Made by a program: the position numbers and the translations under genes
DNA from: Octopus bimaculoides
Lineage: Eukaryota
Direction of reading: 5' to 3'
Assembly: GCF_001194135.2 (NCBI RefSeq)
Contig: NC_068996.1
Location: forward strand, 25,711,642-25,775,641
DNA: 64,000 nt
In this document: positions 13,863 through 25,760 of the stretch, in pieces
Numbering within the stretch: position 1 is the first letter of the stretch
How the letters are laid out: each line of letters begins with the position of its first letter
The notes under the pieces: generated by a model
What the model was told of the DNA's origin: nothing
The model's input: only the letters and a program-made list of their open reading frames with translations
The model's database searches: none

Positions 13863-14472
13863 TTTGTTATATGGAAAGATTGAAAGCCATTTTAGTTGAT
13901 AGAAATGACCTCTTTGTAACAAAATATTCTTATCCTACTTATCACAATATTTTGGACAGCATACAGAAAGAGCATGCAGCAAATACGGAGGGGTTTTAAT
14001 ACTTTGTACACCAAAATGATGCAGGATCAAGACATGGAACACTGCAAGAAAAATTAAACCTGAGATTTCTGGTTTAAAAATATTTTTTTTATAAGTAATA
14101 GAAATATTTTCTTCATACTATTATTAATAATATGATGACGACAATTTTCTCCTGTTGCCCTGTGTATCTAACAACTCTTCTAAATTTTAACATTTTGAAT
14201 TTGTAAAAAATTCATTGTGGCTATGAACATTAGCTTGGTATCTAACTGGCAACGTTCAAAATGCAGTGACACATTTCTTATGGTCCTATGGCATCATCCA
14301 TAGCCTGGATGGTGTGTTTTTCACATGCATTGTCTATAATGAGAATTTTTTCACAATTTCTGCAATGTTTGTCTTTCTAAGCTCAAGTGTACACAAGCAT
14401 GTTAAATATGGTTGTATACACTTATTCCATTCAACGCTACTTAATGCACCTCTAAGTAATTATTATTATTAT

Positions 14473-14995
14473 GGTGAGCTGGCAGAATCATTAGCATGCT
14501 AGATGAAATGCTGAGTGGTATTTTGCCTATCGCTTCGTTCTGAGTTCAAATTCTGCCAAGGTCGACTTTGCCTTGCATCCTTTTGAGAGTTGATAAATTA
14601 AGTACCAGTTGAACACTGGGGTCAATGTAATTGACTCATCCCCTCCCCCAAGATTGCTTGCACTTGTGGCAAAATTTGAAACCATTATTATTATTATCAA
14701 AGCAGTGAACAGCATCATGATGTTAGATAAAAACGCTTATTCTTTATGTTCTGAGTTCAAATTCCATGTAGGTAAACTTTGCATTTCATCCTTTTGGGGT
14801 CAATAAAATAAGTACCAGCTGAGCACTGGGGCTGATGTAATCAACTACCCACCTCTCCCTAAAATGGTGTTAAGTTTGAAATAATATTATTATTGTTAAA
14901 GATCGACTTTGCCATTCATCCTTTTAGGGTTGATAAAATAAGTACCAGTCTTCTCAAAATTTCAGGCCTTGTGCCTATAGTAGAAAATTATATTT
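14473..14995 (+). mobile_element. three tandem Meta-domain-type tRNA SINE copies
   Basis: three repeats of gtcgactttgcc(t/a)ttcatccttt..gg.t..ataaa.taagtaccag separated by (ATT)n; first copy has head ggtgagctggcagaatc and B-box-like gagttcaaattc. Confidence 0.75.
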
Positions 14996-15076
14996 CCATG
15001 CTAATATTTTTCATTAAGTATTAAAACAAAAATGTTATGGAATTAGAAAATAACTTAAAACTTGATTCTGTTGTAG

Positions 15077-15196
15077 GTCATGTTTTTGAACGAATTAGAA
15101 GAAATTCTGGATGTCATTGAGCCTGGAGAGTTTGTAAAAGTTGTACAGCCATTATTTAGACAATTGTCAAAATGTGTTTCTAGTCCTCATTTTCAG
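15077..15196 (+). CDS. PPP2R5C/D: PP2A B56 exon
   Basis: gttgtAG / GTtagt; [40 protein letters not shown]; 120 nt. Confidence 0.97.
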
Positions 15197-15309
15197 GTTA
15201 GTAGTAATAATTTTTTAAATAGAAATGCATTGTAAAGAAATTATGATTTCTGTTTAAATTATTAGAATGGATTGTATAAGTAACACTTTATCCCTTAATT
15301 TTTGTCTAG

Positions 15310-15434
15310 GTTGCTGAAAGAGCCTTGTACTTCTGGAACAATGAGTACATCTTAAGTTTGATTAATGAAAATGTGGCTGTTATTCTCCCTATTATGTTTC
15401 CAGCACTTTATATGAGTAAAGAACATTGGAATAA
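15310..15434 (+). CDS. PPP2R5C/D: PP2A B56 exon
   Basis: ttgtctAG / GTaagt; [41 protein letters not shown](K); 125 nt, ends phase 2. Confidence 0.96.
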
Positions 15435-16159
15435 GTAAGTTACAGCGATTTTCCTTTTTATCTTTTCTATTTTTTAAAATGTATAACTATTTATGAGAGA
15501 GAGTTAAATCTTCTATCCTGTTTTAAGAAGATAGTTCTTTAAAAAATTGTGCATTTTTATCAACTCTCAAAATTTTGTTAAGGGTTTTTTTAAGGAATTT
15601 TTAAACATAACTTTATGACCTGGTACTTTACGCATGTTTTAAGTGTGATACTTTAAGTGTTAGTTTTTCCACATGGTATTTCAAATGTTCCTTACTTTTC
15701 TACAGACAACTTTAAAAGTTGTTTTTGTTTGTTCTGTACAGTTGGTTAGCCCTTTCGTTTTTTTTTTTTCCTGTATATTCTTTTGTTATAGTTTAATCCC
15801 AGGTCAGTTCTGAACCTAGTGGTTGTGGACACTTTTTTCTGCATCTTTAGTACAACAAAATGTTATGGCTTTGCTCAACAAATTAAGGTTTATATTTCAG
15901 ATGGAGTGCAGTGTAAACAATTTTTTTATGTTGGAACGTTCAGTTCATGTGGTATACATAAATATAAGTTCTCTTGGGGACTGAAATTAGTTTCTTTGAT
16001 TCTTTTTGTTTAATTAGATTTAAAATGCAGTTTGCTAGGTGGGTCAAGAATCTTTTTCTGAAGAAGACTTGTTTTCTTTTTTTTTTTTGATATGTAAATT
16101 AAAATTATTAGATGTTTAAATATAATTCTAGAAGGTTATTTGTTAAATACTTGTTTCTG

Positions 16160-16400
16160 GTGCTTCCCAACCACATAGTTCAGGGTTCAGTCCCACTGTA
16201 TGGCACCTTGGGCAGGTGTCTTCTATAGCCTCAGGCCAACCAAAGCCTTATAGGGAGATTTGGTAGATGAAAGCTGAAAGAAACCCATTGTGTGTGTGTT
16301 TGTGTTGTTCCCCACGACCGCTTGACAACTGGTGCTGGTGTGTTTACATCCCCATAACTTAATGTTTTGGTAAAAGACACCAATGAAATAAATACTAGCC
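16160..16400 (+). mobile_element. CORE-type tRNA SINE (tail A)
   Basis: gggttcagtcccactgtatggcaccttgggcaggtgtcttc...caaagcctta...gatttggtagatgaaagctgaaagaaaccc...cttgacaactggtgctggtgtgtttacatcccc. Confidence 0.8.
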
Positions 16401-17386
16401 TTGTGCTGCTTAAAGCCTTTTAATTGAAATCTTTTAGAAGGAATCTCTGAAGAAGCCTGACAGAGTGAAACTGTACTTGTTCTTGGTTGTTGAAGTTAAC
16501 CTGTTGTCTGATTTAACACCACAATATATTCTTTGGGTGCCTTTTAGTGGAATTGAATCTGTTGCAATCATTGGGATCTGGTCTGTGGTTAGCTGATAAC
16601 TACTTTCTAGAAGCTTTGGTGTCCCTGAAGAGGGTCAAGGGATGTGTCCTATGTCAGTGAATAAAAAAAGTTATTTAGATGATATTTCACTACATCTCTG
16701 CCTAAATACATGTTAATGCATGCATGTTTTATTCAAGCAGTTTTTCATATCAAGCTATTGTGTATAACCATCTGTGCATCATACTTAATGCAGATACATC
16801 ACAATGGGCAAATTAACTGTGATATTCATCCAGAGATAATCTCTGACAAATGTATTATATTGAAAAACACAAATACATCCGTAGCAGATGAAAATTGCCC
16901 CTAGCTTTTGTCAATAGCATGTACCCATTGCCAACCATATGCTAAGACAAAATCCATACAGGAAAACAGTGATTGAAAAGTTACTTATGTTGCAATTAGC
17001 CACCCATAATGGATATCATTTTTAGTTTGTCACCTCTCCCCCTCCCCCTCTCTCTCTACTAATTTTGCTCTTCTGTAAATCAATGACACTGATGTTTTAT
17101 AGATATTTAAGTATTTAAATTATGACATTTGGTGCTGTATAATATCAATGAAACAGGTAGACAACAGGTGTCATTATCTGGTCTTAATTAGGTCTACAAT
17201 TTAATGCAGAATTTAACATTATAGCAATTTTACTATTCTCTTCTGGAAGAAATTTGGTTCAATTTTCCATTGTTCATTTTAAATTAATTGAAGTTTATTT
17301 TATCAATAAAATCATTTTTTCATAAAGCCTGTACTTGATTAATCAAGTTTTATTTTTAATGAAATGTCTTTTTAATTTTCTGTTAG

Positions 17387-17488
17387 AACAATCCATGGTT
17401 TGATATATAATGCATTAAAATTGTTCATGGAAATTAATCAGAAATTATTTGATGAGTGCACTATTCAGTATAAAGCAGAACGACAGAA
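17387..17488 (+). CDS. PPP2R5C/D: PP2A B56 exon
   Basis: ttctgttAG / GTaagt; (K)[33 protein letters not shown](K); 102 nt. Confidence 0.96.
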
Positions 17489-18479
17489 GTAAGTATATTT
17501 TTCCAAATATTTAAAAGTTTCTATGAGGATTTTAATAATTCACAGTCCTTGATTTTCGTGACTACTCTTCAAAACATGGTATTTTATCTGTCTAAATTCC
17601 GCTATAATTAAACAATGCCAAAGAGATATCTTTAGAGGGAAATATTTCCTAAAATTCTTATGAAGAAAATATTTAAATTGTGATATTTGTATAGATTAAC
17701 ATTTAAAATGTTTTCTTTTCAGAATTTTGTCTTAAAAATGTAAATCCGTTAATGATATCACCTTCCCCCCTTTCCTTCCCATCACACACTCACACATATA
17801 ATGTGCGTGTAAAGTTTTTTGTAAATTACATCAATTAACTCAATGTCATGATTCTGAAAACTTTCCTAAGAAGAAATAGTAAAATTAAGGAATATAAGCA
17901 TGATAGAATGTTCAGGAATTGGAAGTTAAAGAATTGTTGAAATGTCATTTGCTATTTGATGTTGCTAAGTTTAAGAGCATTTCCAAAACACTAAAATGAT
18001 TGATCACTGATATGACCATCAGGTTGATAACTGATGTTGATCATCTGCAGTATAACAGAAATTGTCATCATGCTCTTTTGTTATCTACATTCCTAAACCA
18101 GGGAAATATTAACCAGCTATAACAGCAATAATGATAGATTTCTTTTCAAAGATGAGCTGATTTCTCGAAGTATGTTATACCTCTGTATGCAGCATTGATT
18201 AAACACAGATGATGTCTTAATGCCTGAACCAAAGCAAAAATTATCTGATACAAATACACAACAGTTCCAAATGTATTGTATCACCGTTTATTCTCTCTTT
18301 GACTCTGTGGTTGAGTTACATTTAATGCCATACATTATTTAGCTTAGAAAGTCTGCATTCAATTTGTTGGTAACTTCGCTTTCTGGCAGAAGTGAAATAG
18401 CTTTTCAGTTACATGGAAAATACTGTGATTAACATAAATTGCTATTGAAACAGTTGCTTAAACACTACTGCTGCCTGTG

Positions 18480-20950
18480 CATGCTAGTTTTAGTTTGGAG
18501 TTTGGTGACAAGTCTCCTCAAATCTTAGGTATTTTATTTTGAAGTTTGGTGACAAGTCTCCTTAAATCTTAAGTATCTTCATAAAGATTCTTACTGAATA
18601 TAGAATGGTACTTTTCTGCAGGTTGACAATACAAGGTTCAGTGCTAATCTCTGTCAGTCTTTTAGGTAGTATTTTGGATGTTGTGCCATGTACACCAATT
18701 GCTACTGGAATAATTTTGGGCTTGGTTTTTCATGGTCTCCTCAGCTCAATAGTTAAATCCTGATGTTTTTCAATTTCTTTGCTATCAACTCTGATATCAT
18801 AGGGAATTGCAAAAGTCTATGATTTTACACTGTTTGTTTATTTTGTCCTTTGTAATCATATCTAGTTTTCTTGCTTCAATAATATGGTCAGTTTTTATCA
18901 GGAAATCCCAAAAGATCTTATTCTCATTTTCATGCCTCTGGTTCATGTTCATACCACTTTTCTGTTGTTTTTTAGCTACACACTTGGCTAGTATCCCAAT
19001 GCTCCCTTTTGCCTACACCTTCATGTCTTCGTTTACCCTCCTTTTGTGCTAATATACTGCACTCACTCAAGGATATTTTGATCTCCTTTTCTGCAGATTT
19101 TTCATTTGCTGTCTGACTGAATTTTATCAATCTTTGCCTTTATCAGGTTTGATCTAAGAGCTTGTTTCTGTCTCTCATTTCAAGTTCCTGTCTGTCAACC
19201 AGAGTCAATGATCTTTACTTATAACTTTCTCAGTTTGTTGCACAAATTAACCATGTAGTTCCATTTCTTTCCATCTGTTTACTTTGTTCTTCCTTTTCTC
19301 TTTCAATTCTCCTACTGTTTCAGCCACTTTTTGGGTGTTTCTGGTTGCTGATAGTATTCTTTCTTTACTCTGCACAATATAATTTTTCAGACCCAGTATC
19401 GCAGTATTAAGTGTTTTCTCTGTTTAGTTATTCTCTGCCACCTTCTGTTCTTGTTAGGTAGAGTCCCTTGGTATTGCTTTTAGGGTGGAACACATTATGC
19501 ATTGTGAGCAGCTTTCTAGTTCTTCTATCCAAGTTTTGTTGCTCAACTTTTGCCCATTTCAGAATGGGAGCAGAGTATCTCAGTATGGGCACAGTCCATG
19601 TATTTATGGCTTTAATGAAGTTCCCACCATTTAATTTTGTTTTGAGTACTGTCTTAATTCTCCCCTTGTACTCTTTTGTGACTTTCTCTCATTTTTCCCT
19701 TTCATTATCCTATTGGCTTGCACTCCTAGATATTTGTAACCCTCGTTACTCCACAGCGATCTAATGATGTTGTCTTGTGATAATTTTATGCCATCAAAGT
19801 TTATCTTCAGGCCTCTCTTCATAATGAGTACTGTGCATTTATTTACCCCAAACTGCATTCCAATATCTTTATTAAAAACTCTCACTGTTTGAATGAAAGA
19901 ATCTAGGTCTGTCTCTTTTTTTGTATACAGCTTGAGGTTGACCACATAAAGTAGGTGATTTATTCTCATCTTGTATCTGGCAAGCTCACAGGTAGGCCTG
20001 GATTTTCTCAGTATATTTATTGGGGATTAGCGCAATGACAAAAAGTAATGGAGAGAGTGAGTCTTCTTGGAAAATGCCACTGCATAGTTTCACGTTGCCT
20101 AGCAATTCATTTGCATATGTCAATTCTACTTCCCACATTCTCATTGCTTTCTCCAGAAAGTTGCCTAATCTTCTCATTGACTCATGAGCATCCTCAGACA
20201 CTCCAACAGCCAGCTCTTTGAGATGTTGTAACCCTTCCTGTAATCTATCCATCTAACAGCTAAATTCTTCTTTCTTACATGTGCCTCATTTAATACTTTA
20301 TCTGTATATAACAGATCAGCAGTTTCCCTTGTTTTCTTCCTACATCCTTTTTATTCTTCTGGTAGTAAATTCTCCTTTTCCAGAAAATCATATACGTTAT
20401 CTGCTATGAGACAGTCCTTTGTGTCTTATATTGTAGTTCTTTTGCAGTTTGTTCCCATGTCCTCCCCTCACCATTTTCTTCTCTGTTTGTATGTAACTGT
20501 GAAAGGTCTTTCTCGAGCTGTTCAATTTGGTTCTCAAGCCTTCATTCCCACCATGTGGCTTTATCCTTTGTTTTTCTTTCATTTTTAACCCCCAAGAGTT
20601 GCACAGCAACAGAGGCTGCACAGTATTTGGATGTGTTATGTTTCTGATGTAGATTTTCGTTAACAATTCATTCCTCTTTTCCCTCTTTCAATTCTTCTCA
20701 GAGCTGCTAGCCTTTTTCTTTTGCTATTTCATGCCTCATTCAAGTGTAAGTAGTTAGTTTCTGTCTTTCTCTAACAGTTTTCCCTTCAGAAAATAGACTT
20801 CATCATCTGAGCAACTGTTTCTTTTGTGGGTAGTTATTGGTCCTTCTGCTAATCCCTGTTCTACTTTTTGCTCTTTATGTTCAGTGTAGTCACTTTCACA
20901 CTCTTTCACTATTGTGGAGATCTTCAGTTCCAATTGGGATAACCACTAAC
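18480..20950 (-). mobile_element. R4/Dong-clade non-LTR retrotransposon relic (RT plus restriction-like endonuclease)
   Basis: minus frames: GIFQEDSLSPLLFVIALIP, INHLLYVVNLKLY (YMDD decayed), DIGMQFGVNKC, GYKYLGV; near 18740-18835 CKIIDF-AIPYDIRVDSKEIEK-HQDLTIELRR (PD-(D/E)xK RLE); ends LQKSTILYSVRIFMKILKI*. Confidence 0.85.
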
Positions 20951-21179
20951 TTTTTCACAATTTTTTTTTTTGTCTAGAAGTCTTTGCTCTGTGATAGGGA
21001 GCATGTCTATTTCTGTCCAAGTTTTATGCATCCTTTTCTTGTATCCTGTTTTGGTAGGTTCACTTCTGTAATAGCTTTCCATTACAGTTCTATTGTTGAT
21101 ACTTTGCTGAACTATACTGATTAACTATACTGGTGATTAAACCATATCCTACACCGCCAGGTAGGTTAAGCATCTCAGC

Positions 21180-22850
21180 GGTAAGGCTGATGGACCAGGG
21201 GCTTTCCCGGTCTTCTTATCCTGAATTGCCTTTATCCATCATACTGCTGTCAGCATGATTAGTTGCTTTCTCTGTTGGATTCACATAAGTGAGATTCTCT
21301 TTCCATTCATTTTCCACATTTAAATAGCCTTTCATAGTAGTACTTCCATGCGTCTTTTCAGAGTCACTGAGTACAAGCATACCATTATCCATTTGTACAC
21401 ACTTTTCTTCCACAACATCTAGATTCTCTCTTACTCACTGTCCAGTGATCTGGAACATCTCAAGTCTCTGATCTTCATGCTGTAAGACATTGGCAAATCT
21501 TTTCCTTTCTGCTTCTGCCCTTGCTTGATAAACTTGTTACCTAACCTCCCTCTTGACTACCCGATACAGCTTTTTGCTGATTCCATTTCACCAATCTTTC
21601 CAAGCCTATCTCTTCTTCACTTGTATGGCTCAGCTGACCTCACTGTTCCATCACCAAGTCACTCTTTGATTGGCAGAAACCTTGCCCCAGCTACAACTTA
21701 TGCCTGCAGTCTTCAGAAGGTTGTCTCATAAGAACTTCCAGTTGTCCTCTACATCATATGGTCACAGCTTTTTCCTCTTCCTCATCAAATGTTTTAATCA
21801 GAATGTCTCCAAACCTCTGATTGTTTGGTGTATCCAGGAGTTTCCTTCACTTTCTTTCCTAAACTGGTTTGTGCTTTTGTGTCCATCTAACCCTAAGTTT
21901 GAAGTTGCTAACCACTAACTTATGTTGAGTTGTACATTCCTCACTGGGAAAGGACTTTGCATTTACAAGCATCTGTCCATCCCTGTTTCTGGTGAAAATG
22001 TAGTCAATCTGGTTTGAGTGCCAATCATACTTGATAAGTGATTAAATGGCTGGTTAGTGTTTTATTCTAGCAAGTCATTTGTGTCACAGAACTCTAGCAG
22101 CCTTGTTTCTTCCTTATTTTTAGTGCCAAAGCCAAAACCTCCATGCACATCATAAAATCCATTGATGTGTTGTCCAACATGACCATTGAAGTTGCCAGCT
22201 ATGATAATAAGGTTATTGTCCTTTGTTGTTGAGGTAGTCTGGAGAAAGAACTCATAGCAACAGTCCTTGTGTCCATCCAGTATGTGGAGCATATGCAGAG
22301 ATAAATGTTACTGTTACTTTATACAAGACTATTCCTAACTTGATAATCCCATCACATATCCTGACTACCCCAATCACCTTTTCTACTCCTCTACCAAAAG
22401 TATACCTACATTGCTCACCCCACAACTATTCTCTCCAGAATAATTTAAATCTATACTCCTTCTCCACAAGCAGTCTAGCTTAGGTTCTCTACATGCAGCA
22501 GACATCCATATTTCTTCACTTAAGAATTTCAAGTCTCACCAGACCAACCTTTCATAGTGCTCACATTGATCGTGGCTGTTCTAAGCTTGTGAACTTCAGA
22601 AGAGATTGAGAGCATGTAAGGAAATATGTTTGATATCTGTGTAGAAGGGTACTTTTTGGGGCACATACTTGGATGCAGTGGGTCCTTGCACATGTCAATG
22701 AAATCAGGTATAGGTAAATATGCACATGCTACTCAATATTTAGACTCCCTCCAACCCCACAGTCATCAGGGGGCAAACCCCAACAAAAATCAAGGGGGTG
22801 ATGGGGCAGGTGTGCAGTCATAAGGTATCGGTCAACTTCTGATGATATTG
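21180..22850 (-). mobile_element. RTE-clade LINE 5' half relic (APE endonuclease region)
   Basis: IIAGNFNGHVGQHINGFYDVHGGFGFGTKNKEETRLLEFCD (GDFNGHVG motif) and EKCVQMDNGMLVLSDSEK...LNVENEW. Confidence 0.8.
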
Positions 22851-23003
22851 AAAGGTGCACCCTTAAATGCTTTCTCATATACTCACATGATATTTACTTT
22901 GTATTATATTATACTTATTTATTGTGCTTTTACTTATTAATTTTTCTATATGTGACAGTGGATTTTCATTGATGAGTTCATGAACCTTGGTTCTCTTCCC
23001 TAA

Positions 23004-23038
<35 letters not shown>

Positions 23039-23566
23039 ATACGGTGAAACTTAATTTAATTTTAATTTTTAATAAATTGATTTTAATTGAGTTTTTACCT
23101 GAAATTTTAGATTTTTATCCCTAATATTATTATATGCAATACATATACATATGCTTAGGCATAAAAGCATGTGTACATATATGTAAACTAACATAGGTGC
23201 CTAAAATGTAAAACTTTATGTATTATGTAGGCATCTGTGTAAACCCTTTGACATCATTAATGAAGGGCCATAGAAACTATGCTTAGAAATCAATCATACA
23301 AATCATGCCAGATCAGGCTGGAGTCTTGTGCAGCTCTAGTCAAAACGTCCAACCCATGCCAGCATGGACAACAGACATTAAATATGATGATAATGACAAG
23401 CATGTGCATATCTAACTTTAATAAGGGTGAGGAAGAATGAAGGGAAATAGTTTTAGTGACTGCTCATTTAGTTTTTGCTTAAATAGGCCCCTGAACACAT
23501 GGATTCATCGAGCGGAGAATTCAAGAATCTGTTTACTCTAACAGGAATTAAAGCAAACTTCATTAC

Positions 23567-24422
23567 GGATCTTTCTGATTTGGCAGGCACCATTTTTTAT
23601 TTATGTTTTATTTAGTGTGTTTTCTACTGAAACACTTTAAAACTTCGTATACTTGTATATTTTGTCTTATAGAACAGAGAAAAATTTTATCTTTTTAAAG
23701 TTATCGTGTTAAAATTGTCGTATTTCCGTAATTTCAAACAATCACTGACGTCTATTGAGGGGAAAACAATTATTGCTGTGGAATGTAAACAACATTTTCT
23801 AGTGGTGTCAAGGGATCTTTTCCCTTGAATAAAATTACTGCCGTTGTTTGTCAACAACAACTATCGGCAGTACTGTTATTTATGACATCGTTCGAGTGTT
23901 TGAACTGGTTTTAGCTTTAGGGGGTTAGGATTAGGGTTATGAGTATTTTTGCCAAATTTGGTGAAAATCTGTTCAATACACCGTCACAAATTTTTCACCA
24001 AATTTGGCAAAAATATTCATAACCCTAACCCTAAAACCCTAACCCTAACTCTAAAACCCGAACCCTAACCCTAAAGCTAAAACCAGTACAAATGTACGAA
24101 TGATGCTATAAATAACAGTACCGCCGATAGTTGTTGTTGACAAACAACGGCACTAATTTTATTCAAGGGAAAAGATCCCATTACACCGCCACAACGTCCT
24201 GTTGACAAACCACAGCAGTAATTGTTTTCACCTCAATAGACGTCAGTGATTGGTTGAAATTACCAAAATACGACAATTTTAACACGAAATAACTTTATAA
24301 AGATAAAATTTTCTCAATAACACTAAGAGTAAAAGATTTTTTATATGACATTCTACCAGTGTCCCAAGTTTGAAAGTGTCTCGTTAAGAAAACAAGTGGC
24401 GCCCGTCAAATCAGAAAGATCC
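23567..24422. mobile_element. non-autonomous foldback DNA transposon with internal telomere-type repeats
   Basis: 26-bp TIRs GGATCTTTCTGATTTGGCAGGCACCA / TGGCGCCCGTCAAATCAGAAAGATCC (23/26); flanking TTCATTAC at 23559-23566 and 24423-24430; inner inverted arms 23677-23967 and 23992-24315. Confidence 0.85.
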
Positions 24423-24866
24423 TTCATTACTACTACTACTACTACTATGATGACTAATGATATTAATGTTCATTGGCATGACATCTGGAGAAATTAAGGC
24501 AAAATGCCTCGGATGTTGAAAGAAATAAATGTAATCAGAATATGTATTCATGAATATTCTAGCAATGAAAATAAAAGCTATTATAATAAAGGAAAATGTG
24601 AATCACTGGGATTTTCTATTAATGAAGTTGGGGGAATCAGTGGGAGAAGGTGAAATGGTTAGATAGTAAGAGGAAGAGAAATTTGTAGAACATTGAGATT
24701 TAGGTAAAAAAAAGTCTTTGCTTGCATCTTGGATGGAGATAAGTTCACAGGAAAAGAATAATAAAAACTTTCCTCACATTGAACTCTCCTGCCATGAATT
24801 GATAGCAGTGAACTCTCCTGCAATGAAATGACGGTGGTAACTAATTGTAATCACATCATATATATA

Positions 24867-24897
<31 letters not shown>

Positions 24898-24907
24898 ATA
24901 TATATAT

Positions 24908-25760
24908 TCTTTTAGTCGCTTTTACTTGTTTCAGTCATTTGACTGTGACCATGCTGGAGCACCGCCTCTAGTCGAGCAAATTGACCCCAAGACTTGTAAG
25001 CCCAGTACTTATTCTATCGGTCACTTTTCGCCGAACCGCTAAGTTACGGGGATGTAAACACACCACCACCGGTTGTCAAGCGATGTTGGNNNNNNNNNNN
25101 NNNNNNNNNNNNNNNNNNNNNNNNNNNNNNNNNNNNNNNNNNNNNNNNNNNNNNNNNNNNNNNNNNNNNNNNNNNNNNNNNNNNNNNNNNNNNNNNNNNN
25201 NNNNNNNNNNNNNNNNNNNNNNNNNNNNNNNNNNNNNNNNNNNNNNNNNNNNNNNNNNNNNNNNNNNNNNNNNNNNNNNNNNNNNNNNNNNNNNNNNNNN
25301 NNNNNNNNNNNNNNNNNNNNNNNNNNNNNNNNNNNNNNNNNNNNNNNNNNNNNNNNNNNNNNNNNNNNNNNNNNNNNNNNNNNNNNNNNNNNNNNNNNNN
25401 NNNNNNNNNNNNNNNNNNNNNNNNNNNNNNNNNCACCACATGTCCAAACCAGCGCAATCGTCTCTCTGGCACACCACTACTGACGCTTCTTATGTTCAGT
25501 TTTTCTCTCAAGATACTTACACTCTGACGGGTATGCACATTTGCATTACACATCCAGCGGAGCATACTGGCTTCATTCCTTGCGAGCTTACGCATGTCTA
25601 TATACATATGACGGGCTTCTTTCAGTTTCCATCTACCAAATTCACTCACAAGGCTTTGGTCAACTCGAGGCTATAGAAGACACTTGCCCAAGGTGCCACG
25701 CAGTGGGAATGAACCCAGAATCATGTAGTTGGTAAGCAAGCTACTTACCACACAGCCACA
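24908..25760 (-). mobile_element. CORE-type SINE (tail A) interrupted by an RTE 3' fragment
   Basis: head gtggctgtgtggtaagtagcttgc...ggcaccttgggcaagtgtcttc at 25760-25600; RTE coding DMRKLARNEASMLRWMCN...ERRLRWFGHV at 25600-25433; SINE tail resumes below the gap at 25089-24908. Confidence 0.8.

Noticed and set aside
22839-22866. CTGATGA-tatt-GAAA hammerhead-like core near the RTE 5' end
   Set aside because: No stem II possible and only 2 bp of stem I.
23911-24080. True chromosome-fusion scar or real telomere
   Set aside because: Tracts are short and embedded in a TSD-flanked element inside an intron, so a transposon origin is more parsimonious.
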